A stretch of 64,000 bases of DNA. Origin: Octopus sinensis. Its lineage: Eukaryota. The position numbers and the translations under genes were made by a program. The first letter of the stretch is position 1, and the number at the start of each line of letters is the position of its first letter. The notes under the pieces were generated by a model. It saw only the letters and a program-made list of their open reading frames with translations. It did no database searches and was not told the origin of the DNA. Shown piece after piece: positions 52,950 through 64,000 of this stretch. Location: positions 51,150,001 through 51,214,000 of the forward strand of contig NC_042997.1 of assembly GCF_006345805.1 (NCBI RefSeq), written 5' to 3'.

Positions 52950-53800
52950 ATGTGTGTTTTCACAACTAAGAACAGTTCTATGTGTTCTTTTATTTGCATC
53001 CCTGTACTTTTTGTAGTTCTCTGCAGTGGTTTGTGCTAACCTAGTAAGCATTCATGTATTTTATGGAGCCTATCAATTTCCATATGATGGAACATTGTAT
53101 GCTACACTCATATAATCAACAATGAGTTGCTGCCAAAACATTATTTGTACTTCTTCCTCATTAAAAGTTATCTGATAAAGGTCCCAAATCTTGAAGAGAA
53201 ATAAGGTCTTCCACTTCTCATCTGTTTTGATAGCCAACATATATATCTTAAAATCATTTGAGCTAGACTTGAAGTTTTTGCAGCTGTTTGGTTGCCAGAG
53301 TATCATATGTTTGTAAGTCTTACTCCAAAGTACAAAGGCAAGGGCAATAATCATTTTAGCTTTTAGTGTGATATCTGAATTTACGTTACACACATAAGTG
53401 AAACCCAATCAAAGTAGATTTTCTTTTTCATATACTTTGAGTTAAATGAAAAATAATACATTCTTTTATTTGAACATCAAAGAATGATTCATAGTACTGT
53501 GTGCAGCTTGTTCAAAATCACAAACAGTTGAAGTGGGTCTCAAATTAGGTTAATTTTCTCCTAGTAATTTCAACATTCTCACATGTATGATGCATTTCTT
53601 TGGTAAAACATCAGGCAAAACATATATGGTGAACACCTTCATGCTTTTTTTAAAGTTATTATATAGTCTTGCTTTGCCCCAGTTTGATTTGCTCACAATG
53701 TCAAAATTTGAAGTCATTAGTTTTGTTTGCTTTGATAAAGTTTTAGAGGAATCTGTTAACATTTTTTTTACCACACCTTCTACATATGCCTAGGCCATCA
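52950..53800 (-). mobile_element. Possible MULE/Mutator transposase remnant
   Basis: NNFKKS..LPDVLPKKCIIH (DFE..P..CxxH-like), ALAFV, VDYM, RTT motifs in the expected order but very degenerate. Confidence 0.4.
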
Positions 53801-53924
53801 AATGCACAAATGAGGTATTTAGTTAAAGATTAGTGAAAAGATAGAAACACTCGTAGCAGTGCACATGCAGCAAATAATATTCAAATATCACCCATTGGCA
53901 TGATAAGTTTCACTATCAGAGTCA

Positions 53925-56676
53925 TGCATTGAGTCGGTTGAAGGCTTAGCGAGCGAGGTCGATTCGTGTTTTAATGTCAGCCTCACCTTGACCTGTGGCT
54001 ATAATGATGGTGCCAAGGTAGTTGAAACTCTCAACCTCTTCAAGAATATCACCATTGAAGACAATGGGTGTTTTGTCTGGTGGGGCGAAGCCGGCTGTGA
54101 GGATTTTGGTTTTCAAGGCATTGACTTTCATACCAATCTGCGATACAACACACTAGAGCTCATTGGTAGCAAACTGGACGTCAGCAAATGTTTCGCCAAG
54201 TATCGCAATGTCATCTGCGTAGTCTAGATCCTTGACGGAAAAGTTGTGACCAACAGTGACACCGGGGAACTCCCTTAATGCATTTGTGGTGATCCAGTCG
54301 ATAGCGTAATTGAAAAGAGTCAGCGAAAGAATACATCCTTACCAAACGTCAGACCATATTTCGAAGGGTTCCAACACCGTACACGCGTACATGGTATCTT
54401 GTTGAGCGGTACTAAGCTTTGATAAGATGAGAAGTTTAGGTGGGATACCATCTGCTTGCCTGACCTTCCAGGGGGTGTCACAATCGACGGAGTCAAATGC
54501 AGCAGCAAAATCAACTAAGCAAATGACTGTTTTTTGCTGAAAGCACCAACGGTGTTCGAGGATTTGTCTTAGGGTGAAGATTTGATTGGTGCAGCCTCGA
54601 CTTGGATGGAAACCACACTGGTTTGGTCTTGTTCTAGAGTCACGTTCTGATTGGAATCATCTCAGAAGAATAGATGCAAATATTTTGACAGAAACGTCAA
54701 TCAGACTGATGCCGCGGTAGTTGCTGCAGCAGCATTTATTGCCTTTCTTAAAGAAGGGTACCAGTATTGCGTCGCTCCAGTCTTGGCGGAGGGTTTCCGT
54801 ATCCCAAACCCGGGTGATAACTTGATGAATCGCGGGACCCAGTATATTTGCACTATGCTTGAGGATCTCAGCAGGAATGTTATCTTCGCCAGCAGCTTTG
54901 TTATTTTTGAGCTTTCTGATAACAGCAAGGACCTCTTCAAGCTTTGGGGGAGCTGTTTGGCCATTATACAAAGTTGGGATCATGTCGATCGCAGGAGCAG
55001 ATAAGGGGGGCTGGTGGTTGTGGTACAGCAGATTAGCAAAATGGTCTCTCCAGTGGATGATTCACTCAGTGAGATTGGTGATGGTATCACCATTCTGGTC
55101 CAAAATGGTTTCGTTACCTCCAGCCTGTCTTTGTGCTCGATCGAAGGAGGCTGTAGAGCTTATGGGAGTCCCCAGCAGATGCAGCGCATTCCATGTCTTC
55201 AGCCACCGTCTTCCAGAATTTATTTCGATCAGCATGGGCAGAACAGGCAGCTTCACAGCGCAGTTGTCTGAAGGTATCAGATTGGTTGCACTGAGCTTGT
55301 TTTGCTTTTTCATCAATTTCGATTATTCGGTCTCAGATCCAATCTTTGTCTTTTCGCTTAGTAGTGCCGAGTGTTGTGGACATCACGGACTGAAGATTGT
55401 GTTTGACTGTTTGCTAGACTTCATCTGAGGAAGCAGATTGAAGGACTTCGAGCCTGTTAAACCGATTTGTTAATTCGATACGGAATAAATGTTTGGTCTG
55501 GTTACTTTTTAGCTAGAGCGAGACTGGACAGCCTTTAAATGAAGACATAGTTTTGCCCGTCCTAATATATGATCGGAACCATGTTCACTGCCGGTTTCTG
55601 TGCCTCTGAACATTCGACAATCAAGGAGGCTCAATGACCAGTGACTTCTAACGAGAAAATGGTCAATCTGATATGCTGTGACACTGTCATTGGAGTACCA
55701 GGTAAGAAGATGGTGCTGTGGATGTTGAAAGCGCATGCTGGAAACAGTAAGATGATTTGCTGCAGCGAAATTTCCAAGTCTTTCACTATTGGCGCATTGG
55801 TTGCCAATCCCAAACTGTCCCAGTATGTGGTGTTACTTGGTCCTGTGCAGGCATTCCAATCGCTTGCGATGATTAGAATGTCACTTGTGGGTATGCGATC
55901 AACAACTGCCTGTAAAGCATCATAGAAGGAGTCTTTATCTTCATCAGAAGCGCTGAGAGTGGGAGCACAGACAAGTCCAACCCCTCCTCATCATGGTAAG
56001 GGGGTGAAACAAGAGTGTTAGAGCTATGCCGTCGGAGACTTCAGTTTCTGGTAGGGCCACCCAAGGCGGATTGTTCTGACACCCAGCAGTATCAGGGCCA
56101 CACCCGGCTAACGGAGCTCTGGTGAACAGAAGCGTCTGATCCGGCAACCGGCAGCTTCAATCCATCCTGTCCTTGCGTCTGTGGAAAACCTATAGCAAAC
56201 AAGACGTTCTCCCAACAGGGATATACTTGTGGCTGGGGACCACTAGCGAACTTCCTATTCCTAAGATCCTTCAAACATTCCTCATGTACATCTCACCTTC
56301 TTCAACGACAAACCCTACTATGGCGTCCGCGGGAGCCGACGCGCTCGCTACTCCAGTGAGGCGAGTGTTAAATCAGCAAACTGGGATGCTAATGCAACAC
56401 GGAAGAACGCATTTCTTTGGCTTTTGGAATGTCAGATCCCTGATGCATAAAGAAACACAGGCACTAACGATGCACACTCTCTCCAAATATAACATCGATA
56501 TTGCATGCCTCTCTGAAGTTAGACTTCCTGATTCTGGTTATCGCAAAATCAAAGTACCCCAACATGATGCATCATACCATCTCTACCACAGTGGACCAAC
56601 TGATAACTTTGGCCTTCATGGAGTTGCCTTCACCCTCAACGATCGTGCCAATGCGTCACTCCTTGCCTGGTAACCT
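53925..56676 (-). mobile_element. RTE-clade LINE with an inverted 5' segment (56040-56676 on +; body 56039-53925 on -), 3'-truncated
   Basis: On -: APE C-terminus (QIDHFLV..GSDH), RT (KAAGEDNIPAE, NYRGISL, YADD), ESFNYLGT..IKTRIDLAR. On +: 5' UTR and APE N-terminus (GFWNVRSL..IACLSEVR..GVAF..LLAW). Confidence 0.88.
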
Positions 56677-57004
56677 ATCTGTGACATCTATATATATCTG
56701 GAAGCATAGAGATGTTTTGACTTAAGTATCTTGGACATGACATAGTACACTATGAGTAAGAGAATGTAAACTGCTGACTTATCAACTTGTTTATCTGATA
56801 TATTTGCAATACTGGTGGCTGCTGTTATGTAGTGTTTGCATGTATGTATTTATTAGAAGAAAGCATGTCATGTAGATTTAAATTTTGCTGCATACAGTGA
56901 ATCCTAAAAACTCTATCATTTCTACTTCTAAAAACCTGTACATGTATGTAGATGTGTATATGTGCTATAGCTAACTGGTAAATTTCCTTTTCTTTTTCTA
57001 TTAG

Positions 57005-57116
57005 CTGGGATACTCAAGGTGATTTTACAACCCCCCACCCCTTACCAGTTGTTAAAGTTAAATTGTATACAGAAAGCTCTAAAGTACTAAGTTTAGAAGA
57101 TCGCGAATTGGGAAAA
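57005..57116 (+). CDS. CADPS: CADPS exon, C2 domain ([38 protein letters not shown]), phase 2/0
   Basis: TATTAG acceptor, GTAAGT donor; matches CAPS WGTQGDFSTTH.LP.VKVKLFTES..LALEDKELGR. Confidence 0.96.
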
Positions 57117-57460
57117 GTAAGTATTTCTCATACCTTCTAATTCCTATTTTATATATTTTGCTTGTGTATTGTTATTGCAAAACAATAACCCAAATATTTA
57201 ATTAATATTTAATTCATTATTATATGAATTTTGTTGCCAAGTACTCTTATGTTGAAATAAATGAAATTTAAAAAAAAGAATTTTAATTAGTAAAGTGAAT
57301 TGCTCTGACAATAAAAGAAATGTGTAAGTCAGTTATAAAAAAAAGAAAAAATATTGAAAGAAGAAAATAAATTTTAATTCAAATATAACACATTTTAAAT
57401 ATCAAAATATGTTTATGTATGTAAGTAAGTATGTATGCATGTATGAATATAAATATATAA

Positions 57461-60400
57461 GTGGCACACAAGAAAACCATCCGAACGTGGCCGTAGCCAG
57501 TACCGCATCGACTGGCCTCCGTGCTGTGGGAACATGGTGGCACATAAAAACACCATCCGAAGACCCGGCAAGACTAGTCAGGTCATAACCCGTGGCCCCT
57601 ACCTGGGACGTAGTCAGTCCACCTGTACATACCTTCCTTCTTGTGACACTTGTGAAGACCTGTTGAGGCAAGTGAAAATCAAAACAAATCAAAATAGATG
57701 AACATCAATGGAATTTGTATCTTTGTGGTACCAGTGCCGGTGGCACACAAGAATCCATCCGAACGTGGCCGTAGTCAGTACCGCATCACTGGCCATCGTG
57801 CTGTGGGCACATAACAAACACCATCCGATCGTGGCCGTTCGCCAGCCTCATCTAGCACCTGTGTCGGTGGCACATAAAAACACCATCCGAAGACCCGGGA
57901 AGACTAGTCAGGCCATAACCCATGGCCCCTACCTGGGACGTAGTCAGTCCACCTGTGCATACCTTCCTCCTTGTGATACTTGTGAAGGCCTGTTGAGGCA
58001 AGTGAAAATCAAAATCAAATCAAAACAAATCAAAATAGATGAACATCAATGGAATTTGTATCTTTGTGGTACCAGTGCCGGTGGCACATAAGAGAAAACC
58101 ATCCGAAAGTGGCCGTAGCCAGTACCGCACCGACTGGCCTCCGTGCTGTGGGCACATGACAAACACCATCCGATCGTGGCTGTTCGCCAGCCTCATCTAG
58201 CACCTGTGTCGGTGGCACATAAAAACACCATCCGAAGACCCGGCAAGACTAGTCAGGCCATAACCCATGGCCCCTACCTGGGACGTAGTCAGTCCACCTG
58301 TGCATACCTTCCTTCTTGTGACACTTGTGAAGACCTGTTGAGGCAAGTGAAAATCAAAATCAAAACAAATCAAAATAGATGAACATCAATGGAATCTGTA
58401 TCTTTGTGGTACCAGTGCCGGTGGCACACAAGAAAACCATCCGAACGTGGCCGTAGCCAGTTCCGCATCGACCGGCCTCCGTGCTGTGGGCACGTAACAA
58501 ACACCATCCGATCATGGCCATTCGCCAGCCTCATCTGGCACCTGTGTCGGTGGCACATAAAAACACCTTCCGAAGACCCGGCAAGACTAGTCAGTCCACC
58601 TGTGCATACCTTCCTTCTTGTGACACTTGTGAAGACCTGTTGAGGCAAGTGAAAATCAAATCAAATCAAAATAGATGAACATCAATGGAATCTGTATCTT
58701 TGTGGTACCAGTGCCTGTGGCACACAAGAAATCCATCCGAACGTGGCCGTAGTCAGTACCTCATCGACTGGCCATCGTGCTGTGGGCACATAACAAACAC
58801 CATCCGATCGTGGCCGTTCGCCAGCCTCATCTAGCACCTGTGTCGGTGGCACATAAAAACACCATCCGAAGACCCGGCAAGACTAGTCAGGCCATATCCC
58901 ATGGCCCCTACCTGGGACGTAGTCAGTCCACCTGTGCATACCTTCCTCCTTGTGATACTTGTGAAGGCCTGTTGAGGCAAGTGAAAATCAAATCAAAACA
59001 AATCAAATCAAATCAAAATGAAATCAAAACAAATCAAAATAGATGAACATTAATGGAATCTGTATCTTTGTGGTACCAGTGCCGGTGGAACACAAGAAAA
59101 CCATCCGAACATGGCCGTAGCCAGTTCCGCATCAACCGGCCTCCGTGCTGTGGGCACGTAACAAACACCATCCGATCATGGCCGTTCGCCAGCCTCATCT
59201 GGCACCTGTGTCGGTGGCACATAAAAACACCTTCCGAAGACCCGGCAAGACTAGTCAGTCCACCTGTGCATACCTTCCTTCTTGTGACACTTGTGAAGAC
59301 CTGTTGAGGCAAGTGAAAATCAAATCAAATCAAAATAGATGAACATCAATGGAATTTGTATCTTTGTGGTACCAGTGCCTGTGGCACACAAGAAATCCAT
59401 CCGAACGTGGCCGTAGTCAGTACCTCATCGACTGGCCATCGTGCTGTGGGCACATAACAAACACCATCCGATCGTGGCCGTTCGCCAGCCTCATCTAGCA
59501 CCTGTGTCGGTGGCACATAAAAACACCATCCGAAGACCCGGCAAGACTAGTCAGGCCATATCCCATGGCCCCTACCTGGGACGTAGTCAGTCCACCTGTG
59601 CATACCTTCCTCCTTGTGATACTTGTGAAGGCCTGTTGAGGCAAGTGAAAATCAAAATCAAAATGAAATCAAAACAAATCAAATCAAATCAAATCAAAAC
59701 AAATCAAAATAGATGAACATTAATGGAATTGTATCTTTGTGGTACCAGTGCCGGTGGCACACAAGAAAACCATCCGAACGTGGCCGTAGCCAGTACCACG
59801 CCGACTGGCCTCCGTGCTGTGGGCACGTAACAAACACCATCCGATCGTGGCCGTTCGCCAGCCTCATCTGGCACCTGTGTCGGTGGCACATAAAAACACC
59901 ATCCGAAGACCCGGCAAGACTAGTCAGGCCATAACCTGTGGCCCCTACCTGGGACGTAGTCAGTCCACCTGTGCATACCTTCCTTCTTGTGACACTTGTG
60001 AAGACCTGTTGAGGCAAGTGAAAATCAAAACAAATCAAAATAGATGAACATCAATGGAATCTGTATCTTTGTGGTACCAGTGCCTGTGGCACACAAGAAA
60101 TCCATCCGAACGTGGCCGTAGTCAGTACCTCATCGACTGGCCATCGTGCTGTGGGCACATAACAAACACCATCCGATCGTGGCCGTTCGCCAGCCTCATC
60201 TAGCACCTGTGTCGGTGGCACATAAAAACACCATCCGAAGACCCGGCAAGACTAGTCAGGCCATATCCCATGGCCCCTACCTGGGACGTAGTCAGTCCAC
60301 CTGTGCATACCTTCCTCCTTGTGATACTTGTGAAGGCCTGTTGAGGCAAGTGAAAATCAAAATCAAAATGAAATCAAAACAAATCAAAATAGATGAACAT

Positions 60401-61720
60401 TAATGGAATCTGTATCTTTGTGGTACCAGTGCCGGTGGCACACAAGAAAACCATCCGAACGTGGCCGTAGCCAGTTCCGCATCGACCGGCCTCCGTGCTG
60501 TGGGCACGTAACAAACACCATCCGATCATGGCCGTTCGCCAGCCTCATCTGGCACCTGTGTCGGTGGCACATAAAAACACCTTCCGAAGACCCGGCAAGA
60601 CTAGTCAGTCCACCTGTGCATACCTTCCTTCTTGTGACACTTGTGAAGACCTGTTGAGGCAAGTGAAAATCAAATCAAATCAAATCAAATCAAAATAGAT
60701 GAACATCAATGGAATTTGTATCTTTGTGGTACCAGTGCCTGTGGCACACAAGAAATCCATCCGAACGTGGCCGTAGTCAGTACCGCATCGACTGGCCATC
60801 GTGCTGTGGGCACATAACAAACACCATCCGATCGTGGCCGTTCGCCAGCCTCATCTAGCACCTGTGTCGGTGGCACATAAAAACACCATCCGAAGACCCG
60901 GCAAGACTAGTCAGGCCATATCCCATGGCCCCTACCTGGGACGTAGTCAGTCCACCTGTGCATACCTTCCTCCTTGTGATACTTGTGAAGGCCTGTTGAG
61001 GCAAGTGAAAATCAAAATCAAAATGAAATCAAAACAAATCAAATCAAATCAAATCAAAACAAATCAAAATAGATGAACATTAATGGAATTGTATCTTTGT
61101 GGTACCAGTGCCGGTGGCACACAAGAAAACCATCCGAACGTGGCCGTAGCCAGTACCACACTGACTGGCCTCCGTGCTGTGGGCACGTAACAAACACCAT
61201 CCGATCGTGGCCGTTCGCCAGCCTCATCTGGCACCTGTGTCGGTGGCACATAAAAACACCATCCGAAGACCCGGCAAGACTAGTCAGGCCATAACCTGTG
61301 GCCCCTACCTGGGACGTAGTCAGTCCACCTGTGCATACCTTCCTTCTTGTGACACTTGTGAAGACCTGTTGAGGCAAGTGAAAATCAAAACAAATCAAAA
61401 TAGATGAACATCAATGGAATTTGTATCTTTGTGGTACCAGTGCCGGTGGCACGTGGCACACAAGAAAACCATCCGAACGTGGCCATAGCCAGTACCGCAT
61501 CGACTGGCCTCCGTGCTGTGGGCACGTAACAAACACCATCCGATCGTGGCCGTTTGCCAGCCTCATCTGGCACCTGTGTCGGTGGCACATAAAAACACCA
61601 TCCGAGCGTGGCCGTCTGCCAGCCTCGTCTGGCACCTGTGTCGGTGGCACATAAAAAAACACCATCCGAGCGTGGCCGTTTGCCAGCCTCGTCTGGCACC
61701 TGTGTCGGTGGCACATAAAA
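57461..61720 (+). repeat. Tandem array of 13 SINE-derived monomers (~296-373 bp) with higher-order structure
   Basis: Unit starts (GTGGCACACAAG) at 57461, 57740, 58081, 58421, 58717, 59085, 59381, 59754, 60086, 60435, 60741, 61114, 61446/61453. Each unit has three GTGGCAC..AAA.ACCATCCGA subrepeats and a variable (AAATC)n tract. Confidence 0.95.
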
Positions 61721-61891
61721 TCACCCACTACACTCTCGGAGTGGTTGGCGTTAGGAAGGGCATCCAGCTGTAGAAACACTGCCAGATCTGACTGGACTGG
61801 TGCAGCTTTCGGGCTCCCCAGACCCCAGTTGAACCGTCCAACCCATGCTAGCATGGAAAGCGGACGTTAAATGATGATGATGATGATGATG
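61705..61891 (+). mobile_element. (ATG)n-tailed SINE 3' end terminating the tandem array
   Basis: GTGGCACATAAAATCACCCACTACAC..AGGAAGGGCATCCAGCTGTAGAAAC..GACGTTAA(ATG)7; same family as dispersed copies at 24210, 43630 and 45488. Confidence 0.85.
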
Positions 61892-62199
61892 AAGTAAGAG
61901 GGATTAATGAATCCAAGTAGATATCTAGAAAGCATTCAGTAGTTAAGCAACCTTGGTTAACTACATCAAACAATCAGATACCAATGAATTAAAATAGAAT
62001 AATCACCCAAGGTAATTCCTTGGATATGATAAGTAAATAGAGTATATGATGATGATGATAACATGGACAAGGAGATATCACATCTTTATTTGATGATTAC
62101 ACCACACAGGACTGGCAATCATTTCTGTTGTGCCAGTATATTTAGATACAGAAAAAGTGGTACAAAATACTGTATATGGTAGGAGGTGTGCTGCATGCG

Positions 62200-62990
62200 A
62201 AAGAATAGACCCAACATTTTCTCTACATGTCATAATAGACGACTAAAAGAAGTTGAGGTAGGACTTGCACACCATCCTCTGGAAACCCTCACCAGTAATT
62301 ACTACTCAATCAAACTCATCAAGTTCTCTCCTCCAGGAAAGTACCTTGACTGCTTATAAAACAAGTCATATGAAACAGTTTGAGAAAAGTCACCAGGATC
62401 TCCATCTATCAAATTCACTCAGAGTCGGAACCTCAGTTAACTGATGGAGGCCTGTTTAGGTGAGGGCTTTGAATGTTCTCTCTTTGAGGGTTGGCTCCCA
62501 TCTGCCCTTGATGTTTTTGGAACTCAGCCATTTACAAGTCACTGTGGCAGCCTTATTGGAGGTGTGTTGGCCAGGCAGGGGCAAAATCTCAACTGGTGGA
62601 TACACCTATTACTGGTTTGAATGCTCTGATGGCTGGCATGTTGGAGGAGTAGCAGTTGATTCCAGTAGTATCAGATGTAACACCTGTTAATGCGTGTATT
62701 TATGCAGCCTTTCCTTAGTTCCAGTGTATGATCCAACTACTGGACCAATCTGTTCTGAAAACCACAATAGCTTCAGTGCTGGTGACTGACATGCCAGTCA
62801 GCTATGATCTGCCATCTGTAGACAAGGTTTGAAAATGGTAAATCAGCTGAAAAGTAGGAAGGCAGCTGGTGTTTGCAGCATCTATGTGGAGAATATCAAG
62901 AATTATCTTTCTTGTTTGTAGCAGATTATCCACTTGTCTTGAAGCAGTAGCATTGTTCCATCTGACTTAAGAGGGGCATAATTATCCCTC
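62200..62990 (+). mobile_element. Internally deleted RTE-type LINE remnant
   Basis: ORF 62460-62690: ALNVLSL..VAALLEVCWPGRGKISTGGYTYYW..GVAV (APE N-terminus), then a short KAAGVC-like RT piece. Confidence 0.55.
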
Positions 62991-64000
62991 TCAGGAAAAG
63001 AAAGACTCAATAGAATAATAAAACACATTATATTCATCCTAATCTTAATTACTGGAAACAACAAAAATGATAAAAGTAAATCAAATGTTGAGGCAATGAA
63101 ATTTGTTGTCCGAACTTTAAACCACTGTGTGATTATACTTTTTTGACAGTATTTGTTGAAGTCATGCTAGTATTAACCAAGTATTTTGCTTTTGGCTAAA
63201 ACTGAACTCACAGCAGAAAAAGAAAAAAAACAAACAAACAAACAAATGATGCTATTAAATAATCATCAGAAAAACAAATGATGTTTGAAGGAAGTCAGCC
63301 ATGGAACATTATACTGCCGGCAGACAAAAATAAATTGGCAGGATATGTGATAAATAAATAGCATCTACAGATAATTAACCAGTCAGAGTACTGGACTACT
63401 TTTGGGTGGAAACAAGAAACTAGAACATGATAAATAAATGAAGTACTCAGGCAATCAGCCAATCTGAATGCTAGGCCACATGCAGACAAAAAACAAGTGA
63501 AGTATTTGAGTAAAAAGCCAATCAGGACTTGAACTGGCATCTGAAAACCTACACATATATATATATATATAGATATAGTTCAAAGATGGGAATCTGAATT
63601 CTCCATACAGAATACGCTTAGTAGTGCTCATGAGGTTTACACTTGAGTGGGTAGAGAAATAAATGTAAGGACAAGCAAGTTAGGCAGGTTGATATACAAA
63701 GAATATTAAATACAAAAAATGTTTATATGTTTAAATACAAAAGGTCCGACTTAGAATAAAAATGATATCAAGAATTAAAGGGGTTGAAGTAGAGTTTTGC
63801 ACATCCAGCAGCTGTTTCTGGGAGCTCAGTGGTAAAAAATAATGGTTGTAAATTGATTCTATCGTCAGATGAAATGAGCCTTTGTCTTCAGGGAAGAAAT
63901 CTTACATTTGTGGTGTTAACAGAAAGGAGATTAAAGATGGGAAAATTTTTTAGTCTTCTTATTAATCCCTAACCCATGAAATTTATTTTCTCGCTATTCT

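Noticed and set aside
53468-53482. TTTGAACATCAA (FEHQ) as a candidate for the missing upstream CADPS exon
   Set aside because: Wrong position (downstream of later exons), and the frame does not continue as CAPS.
58740-58870. HDV-like ribozyme fold in the monomer (GCCAGCCTCATCT(A/G)GC..CTGTGTC-GG)
   Set aside because: GGCACA/TGTGTC could form P1, but the P3/L3 spacing does not fit the nested double pseudoknot; not supportable by eye.
57461-61720. CRISPR-like repeat/spacer appearance and the recurring 60-127 aa ORFs
   Set aside because: Eukaryotic intron with no cas genes; the apparent spacers are themselves repeated, and the ORFs have no recognisable motif and vary in frame between units.
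57423-61898. AAGTAAG as a TSD around the tandem array (57423-57429 and 61892-61898)
   Set aside because: Only 7 bp, low complexity, and about 30 bp away from the first monomer.

Overview
AT-rich animal genomic DNA; its repeat families and gene content point to an octopod cephalopod (inference). The only host gene is CADPS/unc-31 (CAPS): five phase-consistent GT-AG exons on + (27797-57116) encode 191 aa from the region before the C2 domain through the C2 domain, and flanking exons lie outside the window. Positions 1-13954 are a head-to-tail array of six Tx1-like (L1-clade) LINE copies, one near full length and all with disabled ORF2. Every copy ends in AATAAA/AATAAG followed directly by a (TCTA)n/(TCTG)n tract with no poly(A), and the next copy starts inside that tract. 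This suggests a GATA-microsatellite-targeting retrotransposon and is the best candidate for an undescribed system here. After a 100-N gap come nested decayed elements: a Penelope-like element with an inverted RT half, a CR1-like LINE split by a two-LTR Gypsy, and RTE, R4/Dong-like, MULE-like and SINE remnants. An RTE LINE at 53.9-56.7 kb has an inverted 5' segment. A 13-unit, ~300-370 bp SINE-derived tandem array with higher-order structure (57461-61891) lies just downstream of the last CADPS exon.
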